Assembly (NCBI GenBank): GCA_964016885.1
Contig: OZ024752.1
Location: forward strand, 6,262,001-6,326,000
Origin: Eledone cirrhosa
Taxonomy: Eukaryota
Length of the DNA stretch: 64,000 bases
Reading direction: 5' to 3'
The notes under the pieces were generated by a model. The model made no database searches and was not told the DNA's origin. It worked only from the letters and a program-made list of their open reading frames with translations. Numbering within the stretch: position 1 is the stretch's first letter; the number at the start of each line of letters is the position of its first letter. A program made the position numbers and the translations under genes. Positions 28,076 through 41,740 of this stretch are shown piece by piece.

Positions 28076-30507
28076 GTGTTCTGTCTGGCCCAGAATATGT
28101 TACCCTCTCCCATACAGATATGGTGTCTGGCCCAGAATATGGTAACTTCTCCCATACAGATGTGGTGTCTGGCCCAGAATCTGTTACCCTCTCCCATACA
28201 GATGTGGTGTCTGGCCCAGAATATGGTAACTTCTCCCATACAGATGTGGTGTCTGGCCCAGGATATGGTACCCTCTCCCATACAGATGTGGTGTCTGGCC
28301 CAGAATCTGTTACCCTCTCCCATACAGATATGGTGTCTGGCCCAGAATCTGGTACCCTCTCCCATACAGATATGGTGTCTGGCCCAGAATATGGTAACTT
28401 CTCCCATACAGATGTGGTGTCTGGCCCAGGATATGGTACCCTCTCCCATACAGATGTGGTGTCTGGCCCAGAATCTGTTACCCTCTCCCATACAGATGTG
28501 GTGTCTGGCCCAGAATATGGTAACTTCTCCCATACAGATGTGGTGTCTGGCCCAGAATCTGTTACCCTCTCCCATACAGATATGGTGTCTGGCCCAGAAT
28601 ATGGTAACTTCTCCCATACAGATGTGGTGTCTGGCCCAGAATATGTTACCCTCTCCCATACAGATATGGTGTCTGGCCCAGAATATGGTAACTTCTCCCA
28701 TACAGATGTGGTGTCTGGCCCAGAATATGTTACCCTCTCCCATACAGATATGGTGTCTGGCCCAGAATATGGTAACTTCTCCCATACAGATGTGGTGTCT
28801 GGCCCAGAATCTGTTACCCTCTCCCATACAGATATGGTGTCTGGCCCAGAATATGGTAACTTCTCCCATACAGATGTGGTGTCTGGCCCAGAATCTGTTA
28901 CCCTCTCCCATACAGATATGGTGTCTGGCCCAGAATATGGTAACTTCTCCCATACAGATGTGGTGTCTGGCCCAGAATCTGTTACCCTCTCCCATACAGA
29001 TATGGTGTCTGGCCCAGAATATGGTAACTTCTCCCATACAGATGTGGTGTCTGGCCCAGAATCTGTTACCCTCTCCCATACAGATATGGTGTCTGGCCCA
29101 GAATATGGTAACTTCTCCCATACAGATGTGGTGTCTGGCCCAGAATATGTTACCCTCTCCCATACAGATATGGTGTCTGGCCCAGAATATGGTAACTTCT
29201 CCCATACAGATGTGGTGTCTGGCCCAGAATCTGTTACCCTCTCCCATACAGATATGGTGTCTGGCCCAGAATATGGTAACTTCTCCCATACAGATGTGGT
29301 GTCTGGCCCAGAATATGTTACCCTCTCCCATACAGATATGGTGTCTGGCCCAGAATATGGTAACTTCTCCCATACAGATGTGGTGTCTGGCCCAGAATAT
29401 GTTACCCTCTCCCATACAGATATGGTGTCTGGCCCAGAATATGGTAACTTCTCCCATACAGATATGGTGTCTGGCCCAGAATATGTTACCCTCTCCCATA
29501 CAGATATGGTGTCTGGCCCAGGATATGGTACCCTCTCCCATACAGATGTGGTGTCTGGCCCAGGATATGGTACCCTCTCCCATACAGATGTGGTGTCTGG
29601 CCCAGAATATGGTAACTTCTCCCATACAGATATGGTGTCTGGCCCAGAATATGTTACCCTCTCCCATACAGATGTGGTGTCTGGCCCAGAATATGGTACC
29701 CTCTCCCATACAGATGTGGTGTCTGGCCCAGAATATGGTAACCTCTCCCATACAGATGTGGTGTCTGGCCCAGAATATGGTACCCTCTCCCATACAGATG
29801 TGGTGTCTGGCCCAGAATATGGTACCCTCTCCCATACAGATATGGTGTCTGGCCCAGAATATGGTACCCTCTCCCATACAGATGTGGTGTCTGGCCCAGA
29901 ATATGGTAACCTCTCCCATACAGATGTGGTGTCTGGCCCAGGATATGGTACCCTTTCCCATACAGATGTGGTGTCTGGCCCAGGATATGTTACCCTCTCC
30001 CATACAGATGTGGTGTCTGGCCCAGAATATGTTACCCTCTCCCATACAGATGTGGTGTCTGGCCCAGAATATGGTAACCTCTCCCATACAGATGTGGTGT
30101 CTGGCCCAGGATATGGTAACCTTTCTCATACAGATATGGTGTCTGGCCCAGAATATAGTACCCTCTCCCATACAGATGTGGTGTCTGGCCCAGAATATGG
30201 TACCTTCTCCCATACAGATGTGGTGTCTGGCCCAGAATCTGTTACCCTCTCCCATACAGATATGGTGTCTGGCCCAGAATATGGTAACCTCTCCCATACA
30301 GATGTGGTGTCTGGCCCAGAATATGGTACCCTCTCCCATACAGATATGGTGTCTGGCCCAGAATATGTTACCCTCTCTCATACAGATGTGGTGTCTGGCC
30401 CAGAATATGGTAACCTCTCCCATACAGATATGGTGTCTGGCCCAGAATATGGTAACCTTTCTCATACAGATGTGGTGTCTGGCCCAGAATATGGTAACCT
30501 TTCTCAT
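28076..30507. repeat. 42-bp minisatellite, ~58 copies, with an 84-bp higher-order dimer in its central-left part
   Basis: Unit GGTGTCTGGCCCAGAATATGGTAACTTCTCCCATACAGATGT alternates with a ...TCTGTTACCCTC...GATAT variant. Confidence 0.96.
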
Positions 30508-31644
30508 ATGGATGCTATGATAATATGTAAAGGGATAGTAGTGGTGTCCTGATAAAATGCAGCATGTACCAGGAACATTTTATCATGACTCTGGCATTAC
30601 CACCTTAGAAGATGCACTGGGTGATTTTCATATATATATATATATATTATAAAGTAAAATGACAGGCGCCAAATAGGTTGGATTTCCTTAATGGTTAATT
30701 TTTACATTTCAGTGGCCAGGTTGCGTAAGGTGAGAAGGAGATATAGAAGATGAATCGACCCCAGTGCATGACTGGTACTTTTTTATCGATCCTGATAGAA
30801 TGGAAAATAAAGTTGATCTCGACAGGATTTGAACTTGGAGAGTAGAGAGCTAGAAAAAATGCCTCAACACACTCCATCCAACATTCTAATGACTCTGTTT
30901 ACCAATATATATAGCCAGAAACAGTCCTATATGAGCAAGACATGGTCACCCAACCCAACTTGCCTTTAATGGGACAAACCTGTCTAACCCATGATAGCAT
31001 GGAAAATAGACGTTAATGATGATGATGATGATGATATAATTGTTTCTACTTTTGGCACAAGGCCAGCAATTATCCCAGTGCATTACTGGTACTTTATTTT
31101 ATCAAAAGCCAAAGCTAACCTCAGTGGGATGATAATAATATAATGTCTATTTCAAACAACAACAACAACCTCACATTTGTAGCTCTCTAAAGTTTTTTAA
31201 ATCCCTCTAAAATGACAATTTCAAATAGTCCTGTGTCTCTGTAGTACTAATGATTTCAAAATACAGACATCATGGCTACACTTTGAGGGTTAGGGTTGCA
31301 AAATTGATAATATCAGTACTTAACATGTAATCTGAAAAGTAAAATACAACACTATGATTGCATCACATTAAAAAATCAAGTCTTTACTCTAATACTGTAA
31401 AGAATCTTCCCACTACTAGAATCTGCTGACTACTAAAGATATTATAAATATTTGAATGAAAGAAGCTATTTTTTGATATTTTCAATTAAATCATTACAAG
31501 ATGATAAGATTTAGCTCTAAACATCCTGTATCACATGAAACCATATATGCAAGTTATTTTGAAAAGTATGAAACAGCACTATGACAGTATTACATTAAAA
31601 TGTCTTTACTCAAATACTATAAATGATCTCAATTATCCTAATTC

Positions 31645-31890
31645 AGGGGCTTCTCATCCCTGTTGGAGGAATCCCTCCCTGGTTGACCTACATTTGGGGG
31701 AACCCCTCTCTGGTTGACCTACATCCAATCCAAGGTCTTCTCACTCCTGTTGAAGGAACCCCTCCCTGATTGACTTTCATCAATCCAAGGTCTTCTCTCT
31801 CCTGTTAGAGGAACCCCTCTCTGGTTGACCTACATCCAATCCAAGGTCTTCCCACTCCTGTTGAAGGAACCCCTCCCTGGTTGACCTCCA
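31645..31890. repeat. Diverged ~60-bp tandem repeat, ~4 copies
   Basis: Recurrent CCTGTTGAAGGAACCCCTCCCTGGTTGACCT...CAATCCAAGGTCTT. Confidence 0.75.
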
Positions 31891-31999
31891 CTGCTTTCTG
31901 TCTGGTTTTGGTCATGTCAGGGGTGTAGCCGTACTAACCATGGTTGACTAATTGCGGGTTGGTGAGGCTATTTAACCCTTAGTGAGTGTGGATGGCCAT

Positions 32000-32670
32000 T
32001 GACTTTGTGGAATTCATCCAATCTGTCCACTAGTAAAGATACTATAAACATTTCAATTAACAAATGTTTTCAGATATTTTCTACTAAATCATTAAAAGTA
32101 AAATCACAAAAGGAAGATCTAAGGAAGAACTGTCTGCAAGTGATGTTCATGCCTGAATCAACAAAGCCTGGGCAACTTTAAATAAATTATCAAAGGTCTG
32201 GAAATCTAAGCTTCCATTAAGTTTGAAACGTGATTTCTTTCAAGAGGTTGTGCTGTCAGTTCTGTTATATGGATGTACAACATGCACTTTAACAAAATGT
32301 CTAGAAAAGAAAATTGATGGAACTTGTACAAGAATGCTTTGAACTGATCTGGACATCTGGAGACAACACTCCTGGAATGGACTTCTCTTTGGTAATTTAC
32401 TACCAATATTACACCTCATTAGAGAAAGAAGTAAAAGATTCACTGGACATTGCTGGAGAACAAATTATAAGATCATCATTGATGTTCTTTAGGAACTGCA
32501 CATAGGTATACAAATGTTAATAGACCACATTGAACCTACATAAAGCAGCTGTGTGAGGATTGTGAGTTAATCCAAGAAGACCTACCATGATCAATGGCAG
32601 ACCAAACAGACTGGAGAGAACAAGTCATGGCAATCCATTCAATAAACACAACCAGATGATGATGATGATA
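32000..32670 (+). mobile_element. Decayed RTE-type LINE 3' fragment (second family) with (GAT)n tail
   Basis: Reads VWKSKLPLSLKRDFFQEVVLSVLLYGCTTCTLTKCLEKKIDGTCTRML, then RFTGHCWR, and ends in GATGATGATGAT. Confidence 0.8.
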
Positions 32671-33007
32671 TATTGTAGTTATAACTTGCTAGAAATATCC
32701 AATGTGTAGATCCCTGAGTACTGACTTGGTCTATAATAACCTGGCTTGGTACTGACTTCGTCTATGACAACCTGACTTGGTCTATAACTTAGTTGTAGTG
32801 ATTAATTCAGCTCTTTGCACTCTAAAATGGTCAGAAAACTTTGATATGCGATAAACATAACATGTACATAAATTGTAGCACATATCCAAATAGATGTGTT
32901 TTGGTAGTTTGGGGAGAAAATATGTAGTTATTGGGGGGGGGGGGCTCCCCAGTTCCACCACCCCTACTGTAATAACTTGTCCATAGCATGGAAAAACAGA
33001 CATCAAA

Positions 33008-33297
33008 TGATGATGATGATGATGATTATCACCCTCTTAATATCGTCATCATCATCATTTAACATCATCATCTTCATCCTCACATCGTTATCATCACATA
33101 CCATCATCATCATCACCATCATCTTCATTTAATAACGTCATCATGATCATCCTCACATCGTTATCATCATCATCACTTACCATCGTCATCATCACCCTCA
33201 TCACTTACCATCGTCGTCATCATTACCGTCATCACTTACCATCGTCGTCATCATCTTCACTTAAAATCATTATCATCATCATCATCATCATCGTCAC
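33008..33297. repeat. Degenerate (CAT)n/(GAT)n tract
   Basis: Seen directly. Confidence 0.85.
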
Positions 33298-33736
33298 CTA
33301 ACATTCATTCTGTCAACTAGATGTCTATTATCGTGCTAACAACTGGAGTGGTGTTGTTGGTCATTGACTCGACAGAAGAGTCCCGTCACCTCGGTGACAA
33401 AGAGTGGGACAGATATGACAGGACAATTGTGTATAAGAAGAGGGGAGAAAAAAGTGTGAGGGGGGGGGGGGGGGGTCAAGTATGAAGTCATGGTCGTGTG
33501 ACAATAGGTGGGAGGATACAACTAACAAGTTTGATGCCACGAGTGTATGACATGTGCGATTGAATATAACAGGATGCTGTGGGAAACAAGGTGGGAGGGA
33601 TACACATACATACACAAACATATATCATCATCATCATCATCGTTTACCATCTATCTTCCACGCTAGCATGGGTTAGACGGGAATTGTCCCACTTGAGGCA
33701 AGATTGGTCGGGTGACCGTGTCTCGCTCATATAGGA

Positions 33737-33771
<35 letters not shown>

Positions 33772-34003
33772 GTAGGCCGAATTTGCTTGCACACCGCCAG
33801 AGATTCGATTTTACTAAGTATCCAATTACATATATATATATATATATAATCTTTTCCGAACATATATATATATAAATATATATATGTTCGGAAAAGATTG
33901 TTTTGGTAAAAACAGGAGTAAGCAGGAGAAAGGTCTCAACAATCGTTGTTTTTAGTTACGATGGAGAATTTTATAAAAATAACAAAATAAGATGCTGAGG
34001 TTG

Positions 34004-34035
<32 letters not shown>

Positions 34036-35370
34036 AGTACCAGTCTAATACTGGATCGTTTCTTCCTTACTTCCATTCTCTCACTTTCTATCCTTCTCTG
34101 GAAGAAATCTGTTGTATTCAGACCTTCAGAGGAGATGGGTTCTGCCAGGTTTAAAGGGGGTAGAAACGCCGTATGTCAATACGGCTCCCTCAAGAGTTAC
34201 GGGTCTATGTGTAGATGTACATGTATGTATGTATGTAGTACGTATAATATACATGGACGTTTTTCGCTAGTCCCTGTAATATACACGCTTAGTGTGCAAC
34301 AAAAGAAAGTACTTTTGCCTTTAATGATTAGCTGTGTGTATGTGACACACGAACAATTATTGCAATTTTATGAGTCATTAAACAGACATAAAAGAGAAGC
34401 GAACTACAGTCTCTTATTGTGAACATCACACCAACCTTCCATTACCTAATGAGCTAAGGGACGTAACTCACCTGTCTTATATTTCATAAACTTAACGATC
34501 ACTCTTAGCAGAAACTTTATGTTGTATAACTGAACACATTCATATTTCTTACTATATATTTACCCTGTAATAGTTTAACATCTTAACCACAGACGGTTCC
34601 TTATATATTTAATATTTTCGGTAACTATATGTAATATTTTCTCTGTGTGAGTTTTTTTTTTCCTTTGTAGTTACAGATTTGGTTTTTTTTCCTTCCGTAA
34701 TACAGGAATTAAGGTAACAAATCTATTATATTTTGCTCAGCTGTGACTGTCTCTTTTGTAGCGAAAAAAAACAAAATATATGTTAGTATATTTCTTCAAT
34801 GATATGTCAACAACTGATCGTTAATTTATGTAATTATCAAGTCAAATATTCCAGTTTGTTTATGTCGTTTAATGGTGCAGTTCATGAATATTAATATCAG
34901 AGCGGATTGGATTTTCATCCTTACTCACGATTACTCATTTGTTTACCATTGATCAATGAATCAAGGTGCTTAACGTAAACCCGCTATTGTCGCATTTTCA
35001 CGGACACGAACATCTCGTGTAAGAACAAATATTTAAAAAATCATTTTATTGCTAAAATTATTAACATATGCTACAATATGTATTTAAAATAATATGAATC
35101 AACTTTTCGAATGTATATAAATAATATTTATTTAATAGAGAGATGTTTGAATTAAGACATCATTGATAAAATTACATGTCGTAAAGCAACTGGTCCAACT
35201 TTTGACATAATAGTTTTCGTTTCCACCTCCAAATTGAGAAGACTTTTCAGTTAAAATTATAAAAATTACACTATATATATCATTGATATTTTATTTTATC
35301 TTACATCTTAATTTATTGGAAATTATGATATAATTAATAGATTATATGGTAACAAGTTAGCAGTTAATAA

Positions 35371-35970
35371 CTTCCGTAATTTAACTGAGTTTGCCGGAAG
35401 CCTTAGCTTCGGGTTCTGAAACAATTATCAACATCCTTTTATATTTATTAATAGTTATATAATTAGCTATTGGGTCATCAATATAATTTAGAATATTATT
35501 TTCATTTCTGAACGATTGGAAAGTGATAGGTTTTATCGAACGTATTGTATAGCTGATTAAGATAGAAGGTTAGTATGTGTCCTATTAGTGTATTAGAGAG
35601 AGACAGGAAGAGGAAAGAGAGAATAGAAGAAAATTATCAGATGTTACATTAGTGAGCGATAGACAGAAGGGGAGGGAGAGAGAGAAGACAAGTATAGAGT
35701 CTATTAATGAGAGAAGAGGAAGAGAGAGAGGTAGAGAAGATAAGAGTGTGTGAATTAAGGAGAGAGGTAGAGATCTATTAGTGTGCCAGAGAGAGGAAAG
35801 TGAGAGAGAGAAGATAACTCTATAGTCTTTTAGTAAGAGTAGGGGTGGGAGAGAGAGACAGAGAGAAAGTGAACATTGCTAGATATTGTATTAGTGAAGT
35901 AGATAAAGGGAGATAGAGAGAGAAAGAGAGATTGTTTTCCTCCCACCCTAAGAGTAACCGCCATTTTAAC
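35371..35970 (+). promoter_or_regulatory. Probable Crk promoter region
   Basis: ETS-like CTTCCG (35371) and CCGGAAG (35394), a GA-rich tract, and YY1-like CCGCCATTTT (35958) about 190 nt upstream of the ATG. Motif-level evidence only. Confidence 0.35.
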
Positions 35971-36148
35971 CTAAACCTGGATCCCTTATGCTTTTATACT
36001 CTACAAAAACTGACTGTACTAAAACTATTAGTGAACCAATTGCTGTAGCCACGCTCAGAGGCCACAACAACTTGAAGCTTTATTCAAAACCGAACTTATT
36101 ATTAAAATTATTTAAAGTGAACAGCTATTGTTACTTAAAGAGTGCTTC

Positions 36149-36183
36149 ATGGCCGGAGCCTTTGACCCAGAAGACAAGAACAG
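36149..36183 (+). CDS. Crk: Crk adaptor, coding exon 1
   Basis: ATG GCC...AAC AG|gtaggt; MAGAFDPEDKN(S) matches the Crk N-terminus MAGNFDSEERSS. Confidence 0.9.
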
Positions 36184-37189
36184 GTAGGTTTTTTTTTTTT
36201 TTTTTTATCTAAGAGACTGAAGTTATTATTGGACATCATAACTATATTTCTCTGTCTAACTGTTGATGCTTATATCTCTTCTATTATCCGACATACGATA
36301 TATTTAGACACACATATACATACATCTATATATATACTTGTTCTTCATCCGTTTGTCTCAACTTATAACTTCCATCAGCAAATAACTTGTTGGAACTTTT
36401 ACTAACAACTCCTCAAAATGCTGCGATACTTTCATCGCTTCTTAGACTTTCAACAACGATTGCATTATTGTCTTATTTAGTAAATTAACTAATATATTTT
36501 ATTATTAACTTTTATTACTGTTTTTTTCCTGTTATTGTGCCAAATAATTCGTGTTATTTCAAACTGATTTTCTGTACACAGTACTTGGTTTGTGATGTCG
36601 ACAGTTTTGATGTCTACTTGGAGATAAAAACTGGTCTTACACTTACACTTGACCACACTGCTGACTTTCACTCACTATTATTATATTACAGACATTTAGT
36701 TCTGCTTGGTGCTGGTGTTTTTTATTTGTGTTATTATTCATTAGTCTATGGTGGTGGGTCATTTGTAGATGGACGTCTGACGAGGGAGGGAGACAGAGGA
36801 GGTATGATTGGTCTCTAAACACGAGAGATACTGATGTGAAGGGTGTGGGTTGGCTGGTAGGCGGCTTTCTAGTTGGTGGGTGGGAGCTCAAGACGTCGTT
36901 ATAGGGACTTGGTGTCAACCAACTCTGGCATGTTGATGTGTGTAGGTCAGACAAGAGAAGGGGCACGTTGGTATATGTCTACGATTTGGAGGGACTCCAT
37001 TCCACACAAGATCTAGTTCTAGTTTTTTTTCTTTCTGTTGTGAGTACATCACGTAAGCTATACACCCATTCACACAACATACTCTCGTAACCCACATGTC
37101 AATCATGTATTTAGCACTGATTGCTAAAATAATTAACAGTTTGAAACGGGGCGGGGGGCTATATTTCACGTATAACTTGATCCTACTTG

Positions 37190-37400
37190 GCCTGGTCCTC
37201 TTACCAACTTTGAGGGCCTACGTTTTACAACTGGTCCTATTACCAGCTTTGAGGGCTTACGTTTTACATCTGGTCCCATTACCAGCTTTGAGGGCCTATA
37301 TTTTACAACTGGTTATATTACCAGCTTTGAGGGCCTATATTTTACACATGGTCCTATTACCAGCTTTGAGGGCCTATATTTTACATCTGGTCCTGTTAGC
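37190..37400. repeat. 39-bp minisatellite, ~5 copies
   Basis: TTACCAGCTTTGAGGGCCTATATTTTACATCTGGTCCTA. Confidence 0.9.
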
Positions 37401-38329
37401 AGCTAGTTTTGGATGTGTGTGTGTCTATGGCAACAGTGTATGAATGACAACCTTGGTAGGAAGTTAGCAACTAGCGAGGGTTTGAATTGTGGACCCTTGG
37501 TGAGAAGAAATCTATTTCTAAAGTGTGTAGCCTTGTCAATACTATATGTGTGGCGGCGGTGAAAAGACGTCGTTAAGAAGGGCCACTATTGGTGTATTAT
37601 TTGTGGTTAGAACTAACTGATAAAAGTATTAAATATTACAGAAACTGTAGAAGGGTTAATTCTGGAGTCTCCCCCTCCTTTCCATGGAGAAACCTCCACC
37701 CCTCATCGATGACAAGCTTGGAAAAGTATCAATAACACCCTTTACGATTAACAAACAAAACTGTTAGAAAGAGAAAACCAAAGGCAGCTATAAAGTAGTT
37801 AAACATGTTTGATGTTGTTGAATCTTCGTAGCTTCCATGTTTTGGAAGACATTACTTAACTTAGATCCGGTAGGTTGTCTTTTTGTTATTAAACCAGTTT
37901 TAAAATATCCTTTCTCGCAGACTGTACTCTTACATTGGAACAAACCGTGCCATAAAGTTTCTTGGGAGTTTCCATAAGTTTGGAGTTTGGAGTTTTTTTT
38001 TTTAATTCAACATAGTAGACATGGTTAAAGGACAGATAGTTTCACCAAAGTTGTCAATGGCAGTAACAGTCGCTGTGAAAGGGGGAGGAGTCGCTTCTCT
38101 GTGTTGTTACATACGAAGTCTTACTGATGGTCATTGAAATTGGTGGTGGTTGACGAATGTTTTGATATGTTGCCAGTGACTTTTGTTTGTTTATTCAATT
38201 TAAACGTCCGTCTAGAGCTGGTAAGCCGTGACAGACGAGGAAACGTATCTAATATCTCATATAATTAAGAAACAAACATGCAAGGAGTTAGTAGCTGACT
38301 CAAATAGACAGGTAGGTGTCTCTTGAGAA

Positions 38330-39556
38330 TAAGGTACATTGTCTCGTTAACCCAGAGTGGTGTCCCTCTATAAGGTACAGTGTCTCTTGTTAACCCAGAT
38401 AGAGTGGTGTCCCTCTATAAGGTACAGTGTCTCTTGTTAACTCAGAGTGGTGTCCCTCTATAAGGTACAGTGTCTCTTGTTAACCCAGATAGTGGTGTCC
38501 CTCTATAAGGTACAGTGTCTCTTGTTAACCCAGATAGAGTGGTGTCCCTCTATAAGGTACACTCTCTTGTTAACTCAGAGTGGTGTCCCTCTATAAGGTA
38601 CACTGTCTCTTGTTAACCCAGATAGAGTGGTGTCCCTCTATAAGGTACAGTGTCTCTTGTTAACCCAGATAGAGTGGTGTCCCTCTATAAGGTACAGTGT
38701 CTCTTGTTAACCCAGATAGAGTGGTGTCCCTCTATAAGGTACAGTGTCTCTTGTTAACCCAGATAGAGTGGTGTCCCTCTATAAGGTACACTGTCTCTTG
38801 TTAACCCAGATAGAGTGGTGTCCCTCTATAAGGTACAGTGTCTCTTGTTAACCCAGATAGAGTGGTGTCCCTCTATAAGGTACAGTGTCTCTTGTTAACC
38901 CAGATAGAGTGGTGTCCCTCTATAAGGTACACTCTCTTGTTAACTCAGAGTGGTGTCCCTCTATAAGGTTCACTGTCTCTTGTTAACCCAGATAGAGTGG
39001 TGTCCCTCTATAAGGTACAGTGTCTCTTGTTAACCCAGATAGAGTGGTGTCCCTCTATAAGGTACAGTGTCTCTTGTTAACCCAGATAGAGTGGTGTCCC
39101 TCTATAAGGTACACTCTCTTGTTAACTCAGAGTGGTGTCCCTCTATAAGGTACAGTGTCTCTTGTTAACCCAGATAGTGGTGTCCCTCTATAAGGTACAC
39201 TGTCTCTTGTTAACCCAGATAGTGGTGTCCCTCTATAAGGTACAGTGTCTCTTGTTAACCCAGATAGAGTGGTGTCCCTCTATAAGGTACAGTGTCTCTT
39301 GTTAACCCAGATAGAGTGGTGTCCCTCTATAAGGTACAGTGTCTCTTGTTAACTCAGATAGAGTGGTGTCCCTCTATAAGGTACACTGTCTCTTGTTAAC
39401 CCAGATAGAGTGGTGTCCCTCTATAAGGTACACTGTCTCTTGTTAACCCAGATAGTGGTGTCCCTCTATAAGGTACAGTGTCTCTTGTTAACCCAGATAG
39501 AGTGGTGTCCCTCTATAAGGTACACTGTCTCTTGTTAACTCAGAGTGGTGTCCCTT
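38330..39556. repeat. 47-bp minisatellite (41-47 bp variants), ~27 copies
   Basis: Unit AGAGTGGTGTCCCTCTATAAGGTACAGTGTCTCTTGTTAACCCAGAT. Confidence 0.95.
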
Positions 39557-39677
39557 CTTGAGAATAAGGTACATTGGATAGGATACTGACTGAGGATAAA
39601 ACTCTGGGGTATATTGAGGGAGTGGGTTCTAGGTAGGTGTGTTAGTACATCACCCCACTATACAACACAGGTAAGAA

Positions 39678-40050
39678 ACTACTACCTAGGTATACACAAC
39701 CACATTACCTCACTGTACAATACCACAACTACCTAGGTATACACAACCACATTACCTCACTGTACAACACCAACACTACCTAGGTATACACAACCACATT
39801 ACCTCACTGTACAACACCAACACTACCTAGGTATACACAACCACATTACCTCACTGTACAACACCAACACTACCTAGGTATACACAACCACATTACCTCA
39901 CTGTACAACACCAACACTACCTAGGTATACACAACCACATTACCGCACTGTACAACACCAACACTACCTAGGTATACACAACCACATTACCTCACTGTAC
40001 AACACCAACACTACCTAGGTATACACAACCACATTACCTCACTATACAAC
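39678..40050. repeat. 47-bp minisatellite, ~8 copies (related inverted remnant at ~51083-51200)
   Basis: Unit ACTACCTAGGTATACACAACCACATTACCTCACTGTACAACACCAAC. Confidence 0.93.
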
Positions 40051-40513
40051 ACAGCTAACAAATCCTCTTCAGCTTGTAGACCTTATTAATAAAGGGTTTC
40101 CAGCTGTATTTATGATATATAGTAACATTGTTTGTTACTGTCTGTCTGTATGTTGGTGTTGGAGGCACACAACAGTTTAGCTTGCAAGTTGTTACTTATA
40201 GACGATATTTTGATAGCCAGTCAATACAACAATTACCATTCCTTAATTTCTTTAATAAGGTGATCGTGCTGGTGACATGACAAAAAGCACCCAGTCCACA
40301 CTGGTCAGTGTTAAGATGAGCCTCCAACTGTAGAAACCAAACTAAAATACAGATCTCTTATAAGCAATTTGGTCTCGAGACTTAGGTCATATCTGACCAC
40401 AACAAAACCAATCAATAACGATTTATTCTAAAGATTTGAATTATTAAAGAACATCAACCTCCAGTGAAATCATTCTACCCTTTTTTCACCCCCACCCCCC
40501 ATCTCTCTTTCTA

Positions 40514-40550
<37 letters not shown>

Positions 40551-40760
40551 ACATAAATGAACCTGCTTTTCTTCTCTAAAAACATTTTTTTCTTCTGACG
40601 AAGGACTAGCGTCTGGAATGTTATAACTCTCTTCCGCCTATTTCAAGCGTTAAACTAATATATTCCTTCCATATATTGTACCAATTGAGTTATTATTTCT
40701 GTTTACCCTTTACAAACACACACACACATATATATACATATGTACCTTTATTGTTTCCAG

Positions 40761-40883
40761 TTGGTTCTTTGGGCCTATGGCACGAGAGGAAGCCAATGAA
40801 ATTCTAAAGAATGAAACTAGCAGTGGAATATTTCTTGTCCGTGAAAGTCAGACAATGAGAGGAAACCTTGTATTATCAGTAAA
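40761..40883 (+). CDS. Crk: Crk exon 2 (SH2 N-half)
   Basis: ttccag|T...AA|gtaagt; WFFGPMAREEANEILKNETSSGIFLVRESQTMRGNLVLSV(K) contains the FLVRES SH2 signature. Confidence 0.95.
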
Positions 40884-41061
40884 GTAAGTACAGCTTATAC
40901 TCTCTCTCTCTCTCGTAATAAAGAGGGCTCGATAAGGATTATATATATAAAAACCTGTAGAGCAAATATTTATTATAAGAACAGATCTTCAGAAGATCCC
41001 GTTAAGGGTGAAAGCAGTGACTCTTTGCTTAAACTTTAATCTGTGTATGTATGTATGTATG

Positions 41062-41100
<39 letters not shown>

Positions 41101-41391
41101 CAAATGTTTTCTAATTATTAAGGCCAGTTACTACAATAGTCCCATACCAGGTAAACGTGTTTCATTGGTCAGGAGGAGCAATTTGTTCCACTTGTTTCGA
41201 TGAAAATGAACTCCTTTTTTAACAGTGGTCACCTCCTGATTTACATCAGGATTCTGTATAACACACAAATGCGTGTATACACACGCACATTTATTTTATT
41301 AGAGATGACTTTTACAGGACTATAACTGTTTCCTTACAAATGAATCAGTTCTAGTCCTGTAGTCATTTCTGTATGAAACAAATAAATATAT

Positions 41392-41740
41392 GGAGGCACA
41401 TGGCCTAGTGGTTAGAGCATTAGTCTTGCAATCGAAAGGTTGTGAGTTCAATTCCCGGACTGGGTGATGTTATTTCCTTGAGCAAGACACTTTATTTCAC
41501 ATTGCTCCAGTTTACTCAGCTGTAGAAGTGGTCGTGGAGGTGCCACAGCAAAAAAGCACCCAGCACTCACTGTAAATGAGGTTGGTGTTAGGAAGGGCAT
41601 CCAGCTGTAGAAATCAAGCCAGAATCAGTTCCCGTATGAGCAAGACAAGGTCAGCCGACTGGACACTGCCCACAACAGGACAACCCGTCTAACCCATGCT
41701 AGCGTGGAAGAATGGACGTAAAACGGTGATGATGATAATG
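41392..41740 (+). mobile_element. Full-length SINE family A (tRNA head, core, RTE tail, (GAT)n)
   Basis: TGGCCTAGTGGTTAGAGC A-box and GAGTTCAATTCC B-box; the 3' ~200 nt match the RTE 3' UTR at 21170-21440. Confidence 0.9.

Noticed and set aside
33848-33899. Perfect hairpin AATCTTTTCCGAAC-(TA)n-GTTCGGAAAAGATT
   Set aside because: Probably a local template-switch inversion at a TA tract; no functional motif.
41392-41465. tRNA gene (also 2568-2640, 17570-17642, 43460-43532, 47770-47840)
   Set aside because: A and B boxes are present, but I could not form a convincing acceptor stem and each copy continues into a SINE core; these are SINE heads.
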